From Lophium mytilinum (Eukaryota), in NCBI GenBank assembly GCA_010093605.1, contig MU004203.1, forward strand, positions 202,391 to 266,390: a stretch of DNA of 64,000 nt, written 5' to 3'. Positions 34,125 through 44,457 of this stretch are shown piece by piece. Under the pieces are notes generated by a model. The model saw only the letters and a program-made list of their open reading frames with translations, ran no database searches and was not told the DNA's origin. Position 1 is the stretch's first letter. The number at the start of each line of letters is the position of its first letter. A program made the translations under genes and the position numbers.

Positions 34125-36380
34125 ATGGCTTCAAATACACACCGCAATGGTCATTCGCCGACAAGCGGAGTGGATCCGGAGCGTACAGTCGGAAAGTACA
34201 GTAGCCAGCGTACAGTGGGTCTCGTACAGTCACCTGCACGCGTTTATTGTATCATGTCTACGTATATCAGGTCCCCCACCGCTTACCTTGTCACGCCGTG
34301 CGTGTATTATATCACGGTCTTAATCTTTTAAAACCTATAAAGCCTTGTACGCCTAGCATATACGCCTATTACATACGTCTATTAGGTTATTTCCCCTTGT
34401 TTGCCTCCTTAACCTTCCTAGCCCGCGCACCTCCGAGGACTAGGCAGGCTACAACTCCGGGGAAAGGTAAGGAAAACAAGGCTGATAAGTTGAGTGTTTC
34501 TAAGCGGCGGCGACCGTTAATTTCGCATACTAATAAGGCCCAGGCGCAGCCTGTATGAAAGTCTTAGAAGGCTAAGGAGTTAAAGAAAGGTAGTAAAAAG
34601 GTGATTTTTAAGGTTGTGATAATATATACACGCGACGTGATAAAAGGAACTGAATGGAATATAATATACGCGCGGCGTGATACAATAAACGCCTGCGGTG
34701 ACTGTACGAGACCCACTGTACGCTGGCTACTGTACTTTCCGACTGTACGCTCCGGATCCACTCCGGCCGACAAGGCTTCTCACAATACCAAACGAACTTC
34801 TCCTCGAAATAGCTTCCTCGCTCCGCCTCCCAGATCTCAGGCGCCTCAGTAGGGTCAATTGCCAGCTTTATTTCTTTACCAACGACTACCTAGCTCGATA
34901 TCGGTATAATTCCGGACTTGTCGCTCTGCCAAATGAAATCATACTCGAAATCGTGCAGCACCTGGGACGTCAGAAAGATCGTAGTAATCTCGCGCGAGCA
35001 AGCCAGAGGTTTTATCCACTCATCATGCACTACATAGTTCGTCACGACGTTCGACACGGCGGAAGCAGTCTGCTGAATTATGCAGCCAAGAAGAACCTTG
35101 GGGGAATGGCGCGCAATATCCTACATATAGGGGGGGACGTAAATACTCAACGTGGATGTCGAGTGGGTTTCGCGAAGAGGCAGCCAACCCCACTCGTGAC
35201 TGCAGCCTCACACGGACATAAAAAGATGGTCAGGATACTTCTGAAAACTGGCGCCAGTCATTTCGTTGATGGGATGCGGGTTCCGCTTGCGGTAGCCATA
35301 TCCAACCGACATGAGAATGTGGCTTTGATACTTTCCCAAGAGCTCGACTTCGGCGACATGTTTCTTACAAAGACAGGGCAAATGGTGTTCCAGATGGGTT
35401 GCGAGATGAAGCTTGTAAACTTAGTCTGCCACTATCTTGAACGGGGATCACACTGCGCGGAGAGTGTGAATGCCCCAAGATTGCATCCCCGCAGTACCGC
35501 CCTATACCGAACTCTCTTAAAGGATGCCAGCAAGGATATCCTTCTCAAGAGGGAGTTGCATGCCAATGCTTACCAGATTGTATTGATGCTCCTGCAGCAC
35601 GGCGCAAGTCCTGATATTCGCATTGGGGCTACGCGTTCACCACCCCTCACTGCCCGGGACATTGCCTCTAAGCACCCAGATCCACGGGTGAGGAACCTGC
35701 TTTTGAAAGCAACGCCTGCGACGGAATCTAAGGGGTCCCCACTGATTGGAAGACCTTGGATCTCGTTCAAAGATGGCCCCGTCGCATCTTACAACCCCTA
35801 TGCGGAAGCGTCAGTGTTTGAAAACAGCTGCTATGCTACATTGTGGGATTTCCTTGAAAGGCCGAATGTCGAAATTCCCCCTTTGATGGAAGAGGATGGA
35901 ACTGAAGATTGCATATTGGACGCTTCAGAGATTGCAAGCTTGGTGGATGGAGGAATGCGCGGTCTCAAAACGAAGCTGGAATCTATAGGGCCTCCTCCTT
36001 TATCGTTCTTCCCGCAACTTGGTAATGCGAAAGCGACTGAGCAGCAAGCTGCTAATGCTTTTTGGGCCAAGATACCGGTCCGGGCACGCTCAGGCGCGGC
36101 CTTGCTTCAAACGCCTAGCATGAGTGGCATGGGTGCTATTTCAAAGAATGTGAAGCGGTTGGAGGAGCCGGCAGAGACAGATCCCTTTCCACAACTGGGA
36201 CGACCAGGCCCAACGTCAAATGATACCGGAGAGGATTTCTGGGCCCGTTTCCCAAAGAATAAGGGTTTTCAAAGGATGAGTGAAAGTCAACAAACCCCTC
36301 CACACGAAGAAGGGAATGGCATGAATCGGTCTTTTCACAAATCGTCGAAGAAAAAGAAATGGGAGCCACTCCTGCTTTGA
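34125..36380 (+). pseudogene. Tandem F-box + ankyrin-repeat protein, interrupted in codon 14 by a Mutator-type MITE
   Basis: Removing 34166-34774 restores MASNTHRNGHSPTRLLTIPNELLLEIA. Second F-box-like motif LVALPNEIILEIV. Ankyrin motifs SLLNYAAKK, TPLVTAASHGH, PLAVAISNRH and LLQHGASPD. Confidence 0.85.
34166..34765. mobile_element. Mutator (MULE)-type MITE, 600 bp
   Basis: Long TIRs beginning CGGAGTGGATCCGGAGCGTACAGTC (near-perfect ~70 bp, degenerate to ~150 bp) with four GTACAGT sub-repeats. Perfect 9-bp TSD GCCGACAAG (34157-34165, 34766-34774). Confidence 0.93.
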
Positions 36381-37108
36381 AGGTACCGCCCCATGTCACT
36401 TGTACTTCGAACAAGCAAAAGCAAGGAGCGATGGGAGTTGAGTAATAAACCCTGATGCGCATAGCACAAGAGGGCAACAAAGGAATCGGGGGTCAAATTG
36501 CACGAAGGAAGAAACTTCTATAGTCTGAGGGATTCCTACCTGCTTCTCTCCTTCGTACTCAGCTCACTTACTGAATCAACCTTGACGCCTAAAACGTAAA
36601 AGCTAGTAAACGGCTACATTTATTATACTTATAAACCATCAAGATACCCTTACAGATGTTTCATACTTAATCTGCTATCATTAGATGAAAACTAGGATTC
36701 ATGACCGTTTCATCTTCACACGTGCACTAGTCAACATGAGAATATATATTACACTATCACGTGACACCTCTCCCTTTTTCCATCACTTAGAACCAACGTC
36801 TGCTCTGGGTATCTAGAATACAACTCCCTTCTTAGGCCTTAGCTAGATCCTCCGAGTACATATGATCTCGACAGTAAAAAAACCTCTCCGGCGCTAGTTC
36901 CTCAATTAGGAATACCCCATTCAGCTTCAGCCTTGCACTGCCCCACAGTCTCAGCCTTGTCGGACCACGCAGGAATCCACACCTCTTATACTAGACTGGA
37001 AGCTGCATTAGTCCTGCTGTCGTAACTCCTACAATCATCTCTCTAGGCGGTTTGCGAATGTCCAGCTCCCCAATATACTCGATCAGAGCTCTCTATCACT
37101 TCCACAAC

Positions 37109-37612
37109 ATGGCAAACGCCATCATCCGGCCCCCAAGTCACTTATACCACTACATCAACAAGGCTGGCTACGGCAGCATCATTGCCTCACAGAAACCTCG
37201 AGCTTCTACCATTACGGGAGTGAGGAACACACATTACGGCAAAGGCGTATATTTCGCGTCAATAATTCCTCTCGACATACCCATTCTCGGCACCTACAAC
37301 TCGATCGAGCATATCTTCGGAAGCGTGAGTGTGTACGCCGTCGAGCATATGGCATACTATGTCGAAATAGAAGTGGACCCAGAGTGGTATGTTGCCGACG
37401 CTTTCGATCCCAAGCATGGGGTGGTGCAGGACATTTGGTTGGCCCCGGACTGGGCAGGAGAGGATGGGGAGCTTAGTATCCAGGGCCGGATTTACACGCA
37501 TGGGAAGACGACGATTGGATACGATTTAGATTGTATAGAGGATCAAACTAGAGCTGCGAATGATTATGCGTATTGTTTGGCGCAAAAGCGTTCCTATGAA
37601 GTCCACATGTAG
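37109..37612 (+). CDS. Tox-ART-HYD1-like ADP-ribosyltransferase-fold protein
   Basis: LYHYINKAGYGSIIAS...RAS...HYGKGVYFASIIP...YYVEIEVD matches the LYHYT..G...I..S...S...YG.GVY.T..P signature of HYD1-type ARTs. Intronless. Confidence 0.65.
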   Translation: MANAIIRPPSHLYHYINKAGYGSIIASQKPRASTITGVRNTHYGKGVYFASIIPLDIPILGTYNSIEHIFGSVSVYAVEHMAYYVEIEVDPEWYVADAFDPKHGVVQDIWLAPDWAGEDGELSIQGRIYTHGKTTIGYDLDCIEDQTRAANDYAYCLAQKRSYEVHM

Positions 37613-39808
37613 AAGGACGGGTTAAGTGCTTTATGTTGCCAGACTTGATGTGTTTACAGAGAAGGAATGTACGGCATTGATTAGGGTTGATCTCCAATCG
37701 GATCTTGGCCAGCCAACAAGCAGGAATAGAATCGTGTTGCTTTTCATCATTATTCACATTCTTTTACATCTTTACTACACTCGCTTGCACCATCAGCTTC
37801 GGGTTTTCGCACGCTGCAAAGCCGGTGTCCCGCATCCGCTCTTTCGTTGTTGATTGGTATGGCTGCATCACGTTACGGGGTGCTACTGGTATATGCAGCT
37901 GTGGTTTATCGACGCGTTCTGAATGGCCACCATTCGACCAATCCTAACCGCCCCAGGGGACGATAACGAATTTTTAAAACCCCCTGTCTCGTGTTGCGCC
38001 TTTTGCCATCAAATAAGCTTCCGCAGCACTGCTTTCCGCGCATGATGTGCTGGCGCTTAGGGACTGCGGTGAGATCGCTGCGGTAGGGCCCCCTGCTGCC
38101 GGGCTAGTGAATGTCGGTGCCTAGCATCAACGCCTTTTAACCGCTCTTTCATGGCGTAATATCTTCTCCTTGACCGGAACGAACAGGGGTCTGAGACGGA
38201 CCTATCACATATTCAAGGGATTTCAAAGGGCGGCGACGCAGTTCTCCGAATGCGTGAAGATGCAATGAAGGCTACTGCTCGACTGAAGAGAGACGAGGAG
38301 GGATACGATGTGCCTTATGTCTTAAAGACCAGAGGGGTTGGCTCTTCGATCCAGGCCTCCGACTATACTGAATGCACCAGGAAACATCACCGCTTATGCT
38401 CCTACTTTGAAAATGGTGAATTGAATGTCTTTCTCAGCCTTGCCCTCTCCGTCTCCCTCCTCGTCCACCTGGCGTCCAGTAGTATCAAGTTGTTGCTAGC
38501 GGGACTTTTTGTCCTTCTCGCGATCCTCGTATTTGCAATTTGCGTTGCCCGTACAGCCGTGCCACTGCTACGCAATGCACTCTTGGGATTTCTACAGGGA
38601 CAATGGGCTGAGTTCAAAGCAATTCTGCGTCAAACAGCTACATCGAGCTGTATATAATTTCCTGATGGACCTACTTCGACCACTCATCAAAAAGGTTCGA
38701 CTTATATTCACGGGCGAGGATGGTCCGTACGAGGACGACATTTACACAAGTATATTACCTACAAATACTCACTCGCCAAATTGTAATATTCCCTGAGAGA
38801 AAAGCCCCAAAAAAGCTGTCATGATCGTCTCCTTCCCTTATGGCATGTCCTACTCCGCAATGAAAGCTACACTTAGACTACCGCTCCCCGACTCACATTT
38901 CATAGACTAGTAAAGCGACCAAAAGTCAAACATACCTCCCCTAATTCCTCCGACAATCTCGATCCGGCACTACACTCTCTGAATCGTCCCCCTCCGAGCA
39001 TGGGACGACCCGACTAAAATCCTTGCACAACGATTTCACAACAGGAAGTTTTGGGAGCTGATTGGACCCAGTGTCCGGCCGAAGGAAGGCGAGTGCGTGA
39101 GATTGAACGCCGAGAAAATTGAGAGTATCGATGGCATAGCGAAAGACGCGATTGTGTCGTATAGTAATGAATACGTGCTGGAACAATGAAACGCCTAAAT
39201 TACGCGTCTTCGTAGGAACGACTCCATTGCTACGAACTCTCTATAGTGTCCGTTAAACATATTTCACTGAAGTTGAGTCCAACTGCCTTACCTACGACTA
39301 TTCATGGCAATCATTTCCATGACCACAAGTGCAAAAGTCCCTCACTCCCAAAGTCTGCCAGTATTCAAACGCTTCGCACGCGCATTTCGGTGGTGGGCTG
39401 ATAGTTCCTACGAGGCATTTGCCCTTGTTTCGGTTCATATCTTTGTCTTTTCGTGGCTTTATGAACAATCTATGAATAAGGTGTGCGGGGAGATTGATTT
39501 TGATTTGATTGATAATGGCTGTAATTGTGGTAGGCTAACAAAACTATTGTTGAGGGGGATGGAGCTTTTATCTCATTCAGCCTGAATTGCAGCCTGCCTA
39601 CATGCCACGTCAAGGCTCGTCGGGCGTAATGAGACACCCAAAAAAGGGCGCACAAGGCGCTTTGATTCGACAAGGTGTGATGCGGAGTTCGCTGGCAACG
39701 CTGCAACCTATGGCAACAGATACGATTCGGGGCAGGGTAACATTGGCTTCTAGGCCTCTTAAGATGTCGCAGACCAGTCGTCGATTTGAGCCCAGATCCA
39801 GCCACCTG

Positions 39809-39913
39809 ATGGACGGGCTCAGTGCCGCTGCCAGCATCATTGCTGTGGTGCAGCTAACCAGCAGCGTTATCTCATATTTGCACGACGTCAAGGACGCCCC
39901 AAAAGGAATGTGA
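39809..39913 (+). pseudogene. Truncated N-terminal HeLo-like/SesA (fungal NLR/STAND N-term) fragment
   Basis: MDGLSAAASIIAVVQLTSSVISYLHDVKDAPK is the canonical start of fungal NACHT-ankyrin/WD proteins. It stops after 34 codons, with no NACHT downstream. Confidence 0.7.
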
Positions 39914-40617
39914 TAAGTGTATGATCTACTCGACACCGGCAGGGTCGACGCAGACTCGAAGGACAATGACGGCCGTTGTATGAGCCGTCTGATGGTAAAC
40001 AAGTCGACAGAGAGATTGGCCGTAGAGGGGGTGCTGCAGTGACTGCAGAAACTACAAAGATTTGCGTAGTCATCCCATACCGCAGCTACTGAAGTGCGCT
40101 AAACTCTAATGCTGAGATACACCGCAGACCTGTTTCTAGGAATGGAAGTATAAAGAACTGAACAGTGTGGAAAAAAGGTGAAGTAAAAGAGTTACGACGC
40201 CAAAACAATTTGTCGAATTCAAAATAGCACAGAACGCTTGGCGCTTTTTCTCGGCGTTCCTCACCAAAATTTGTATAAGAACAGCAGGGAGCACCACCTA
40301 ATTAAATGCCAGCCTTTCAACGTCCCTTCAATTATATTAAGTAAGGCAGCTTACAATAAAGTAAGGTCATTTATGCGTGCTACAGGGCTATGTACTTTAT
40401 TTTCTAGTATCTAGTAAGTCTCGCAAACGAGATCCTCCGGGCATGTAATACTAAGAATAAACGCGTTGTAGTAAAACCCTCTCTATAATTTATTACTTTA
40501 AATTTATCTACTGCAGGTGCTTGCGCTTCTTCTACTTATAGTAGTCCTTAAGCTTAAGCAATAAGGGGGCTCTTCTTAGGTGCAAAGAAGACGCGTTCCT
40601 AGGTAGGATATGTAGTA

Positions 40618-43600
40618 ATGTCCGTCCATGCGTGGCGCAACAACCCCTGTGCCGCAACAAATTTTGTTATTCAATATCGTACGCTTTATCCCGCGACTCC
40701 ATCAACCTATAAGTAGCCTAATATTAATTTTTAGGCATTTTTCATCAAGAAACGAGCGTGCAGCCAGAAAATTACGCTCTCTTAACCTTGCTATTGATTA
40801 TTACTTCTAGAGCATCCAGATCAGCAATTGCTTTACACCCCTGCTGCACCCTAGAACTCTACAGAGTTTCAAAGCTCGGAGTAGTTTATTTATAGTTCTT
40901 TGATAAAAGAAGGTATCTTGAAGCTACAAAGCTACTAGGCTCTTTATAGGATGCATTCCGGATTTATCCGTGCAAAGGGGCCCGGAAGCAGAAGTTAGCG
41001 CGGGATCGGATCCAGCTAGCTGAAATGTACTGTGTGGCGCTAAGCCTACTTCATAAAATACAGTATTTCTTCTAGAAACGTCTTTGTTCAATCACGTGCT
41101 GGCTATTCGTGCTTTGTTGCCACCTGTCCGTTGCCACCTGTCTATCGTGCCCCCATTCGTGCCCTTCGTGCCTCTGACACGACGATATGGACCGAGCCAG
41201 CCAGGTACTGGCGCAAGGTCTTCCTCCGGATGTACCTAAAACATATGCTGCCCTATCAGAACATGGCGATGTACCTCGGAGCACGCTCTGCTATCGTGCT
41301 CGCGGACGACCCTCAAAGGAGGACAAGGCCCAACAGCAGCAATACCTTACTGTAGAGGAAGAGAAGGCTCTTGTTACTTATTTATTACTAATGTCTGCAC
41401 TTGGGCATCCTGTTCGAATCAAGTATATACCTAGGCTAGCCTTCATCCTCGCCCGCCAGCGTTCCACGACGATCAAGCCCACGACGATCGAGCCCACGAC
41501 GATCAAGCCCCCAAACAAGAACTGGCCTCAAGCATTCGAGAAGCGCCATCCTGAACTTAAAGCGAGGAGAGTCAGGTCGATAGACTGGAAACGTCACGAG
41601 AATAACATATACTTTAAGATCACACACTGGTTCGATGTAGTTGGAAGGGTATTACAGGATTCGGCAGCCGGGACTATCCTGCCAGATAATGTCTATAACA
41701 TGGACGAGACAGGGGTCATGTTAAGTATGCTTGGCTCTGTGAAAGTCCTGATAGATAAGGCCCAGGTGTGGAGCGGATTGGTAAGGTCCGGTGTTGAGCG
41801 GATAGTCCAGTGTATTGAGTGGATCATAGTAACTGATTTTAGGCAAGGACGACCTACGAGACTATAGAGGCGCCGGTGTCAAACGGACAATGGTAACTGC
41901 TGTTGAGTGCATAAGTGCTAGCGGTAGGTCGCTGCTCCCACTTATAATCTGGCCAGCTTCAACCCACCGGAGCAACTGGACCACGTACCCAACCCCTGGA
42001 TGGCATTATGCACACTCCGAAAACGGATATAACGACTCTAAAATTAGCTTGGAGTGGCTTACGCGTGTATTTGACCCCCAAACCAAAGGTCTGGCTAACC
42101 GAAAACCACGGGTACTAATATGTGATGGCTTCGGGACACATGAGACGCTTGAGATATTGGAGTTTTGCCTTGAAAACAACAATATCCTTTGCCGTCTCCC
42201 CTCTCACACCTCTCACAAACTACAGCCCTGTGACGTTGGAGTATTTGCGCCTCTAAAGACAGCCTATCGCGACGAGGTTGAACGACTAAATCGAGGCGGT
42301 GTAGACACAGTGCGCAAAGAGCACTTTACCTCTCTATACAAGCCTGCAAGGGATAGGGCGTTCACCAAAAGGAATATTATAGCAGCGTGGGCTGCATGCG
42401 GCTTGTTTCCGTTCAACCCAGAGAGAGTGCTTCGACATACCCCCAAACCTGCACTTAGTAATGCCGCTGAACTTACTAGTTCCACTAACGAGGTTATGGG
42501 ACAAAACGAAGCACGGCCATCAACGCCAGCAACTCCGGGGACAACAGAGGCTGTGTTATCGTTGCGTAACCTGATTAAAGAGGAGATGAATGACCCAAGC
42601 AAACAGCTGCGCGTACAGAAATACATACAGAAGCTTGCAAGTGCCACCGAAAGATCCTTTGCCAAAAATGCCCTGCTTCAGGATCAGAATCAATCTTTGT
42701 TCGCGGCTAATAACGAAGCCAAAGTTCGCCGATCGACTAAAGCCATAGTCCTAGGTACAGCGAAGGTAATGAGCTATGAGGATCTTGAGGAGGCAAGAAC
42801 AAAGCGTGCTGCAAAGGATGAAGCTAAGGCGAGCAAGGGGAAAGGTAAACGCGGTCGTCCGCGCCTGAACCCTGTGCCAGAGGAAGAGGAGGGAGAGCTG
42901 GAGGCGGAAGCGGAAGCAGGCAAGAGAAAGCGCAGTCGTAAACGCAAGAGTTCTGCACCAGAGTTGGAGGTAGAGGCAGGCTCATTAGTGCTAGAGGCGG
43001 GCTCATCGGTGGTGGGCTCATCGGTAGTGGTGTGCTTATCGATGCCAGAGGCGGGCTCATCGGCGCCACAACCAGGACAGCCATGGAGGGCTCCAGTGGC
43101 ACGGATGTATTAGGAAACTGCTATTATATTAATATTACGCTTAGATTTGTGCAGATTATATGAAAAGAGGTTGAAATGCAGGTGTGACTTCGAGAGTGTT
43201 ATTTCGAGATGTGTTGCTGACTTGAGTTGGAGCATTATCTAAGCGTCTACACCACCCACAACCATGCAAAATGCTTACCTTGATGACATGAGTAAGTTTC
43301 ACTGTGATCATTATGTAAGACTTTGAGGGTCGTTTTGTCCTAGCCGGAACTGGCAATTGCTTCAGCCGGAAGTACCGACCAGGGTGGCGATCTTGCATGA
43401 ATTTGGGTGCGATAGCAGCCACAAGGCTGATAACGACTTTTTAATACGGTATTGAGGCTCTGAAGCTATGATGAGACCATTTTATGAGCATCAGGAGGGA
43501 CAGGAGCTCAAAAACGGTGCTGTGGTGGAGGATTTCTGTTATGCCATGAAACAGGGCTCTCCGCAAATCAGGTGGAAAGGCGAAAACGCTCACGGTTTTT

Positions 43601-43762
43601 TTTGTTATTGGGGGTTCCAAGGTCTGTATAGTGGCCCTAGCACATGACCTGTACAAAATTATAGGAAATATCAACGTTCCCATCGAAAGCGGATTATTTG
43701 AAGTTCATGTACCCCTCCTTTATTGCGGCACGGGGGTTGTTGCGGCACGCATGGATGGACAT
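40618..43762 (+). mobile_element. Tc1/mariner-pogo (Fot1/Pot-like) DNA transposon
   Basis: 44-bp TIRs 40618-40661 / 43719-43762 (ATGTCCGTCCATGCGTG.CGCAACAACCCC.GTGCCGCAA). TA TSD at 40616-40617 and 43763-43764. Encodes a transposase. Confidence 0.93.
41187..43113 (+). CDS. pogo/Fot1-family DDD transposase (two exons; intron ~41755-41842/41847)
   Basis: HTH/CENP-B-like N-terminus. Catalytic motifs VYNMDETG, LICDGFGTH and LQPCDVGVF. The frame switch between GSVKVLI and DDLRDYRGAGVKRTMVT is bridged by an intron-like segment. Confidence 0.85.
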
Positions 43763-44457
43763 TAGGTAGATATTTATTCTAGGGCACTATAGTACTAAAA
43801 ATCCTATAAGATAGCTATATAGCATGCCCGAGAAGCCTCACTTATAATTATTAAGCGGACCTTAAGAGGTTGACATTCAATTAGGTGGTGCTCCCCGTGA
43901 CTCTCATACAAGTTTTGGTGAGGAACGCCGAGAAAAAGCGCCAAGCGTTCTGTGCTATTTTGAATTCGACAAATATTCCGACACGGGGGTTTTGCGCCCG
44001 TCGTTGAGGGACCTTACACGTAATCACCGTCCGCGTCCAGCGCCTCTAATTTCGGCCCGATATGCTAGAGCCATTAGCATACAACATCTCTATACTTCCT
44101 TTCCAACCGTCTTGGGCGTCCAGCGCCTGGCTCAACATGCTAGAGCCGATAGCAAACCTCTTTCCCAAACCGTCTATTCTAAGCTCAGACAAAGAAGTTC
44201 AACAAACCTTTCTCAACGTCGAGCCCGCGACGTCTTTATCCCTTTGTACCCCCAGACCAGCTAGGAGGACAAAAGACCAGGATCTAGAACCAGCTAAATC
44301 ATACTTACCTTCTCTTCCCATCTCGACCAGCGCCACCAGCTTGTCCACTACTCAGAGAGCCTAGTCCAGCCAGACCAACAACAAACCTACCATGCTCACC
44401 TCCCTTACCTTGGCGGCCAGCGCCTTCTAGCTCAGCATTTTCCCACATGCAAATGCC

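Larger units (their letters stand above)
40208..43974. mobile_element. Non-autonomous TIR element (ATTTGTCG family copy 2, ~620 bp) interrupted by nested pogo element
   Basis: ~100-bp TIRs 40208-40308 / 43874-43974 (ATTTGTCGAATTCAAAATAGCACAGAACGCTTGGCGCTTTTTCTCGGCGTTCCTCACCAAAA). RIP-like interior on both sides of the insert. Confidence 0.9.

Noticed and set aside
34698..34774. ORF-track N-terminus MTVRDPLYAGYCTFRLYAPDPLR of the ankyrin protein
   Set aside because: Derived from the MITE right TIR (GTG start); the true start is ATG 34125.
38250..38796. Two overlapping ORFs with a hydrophobic segment, possibly a frameshifted gene remnant
   Set aside because: No recognisable family or supportable splice model.
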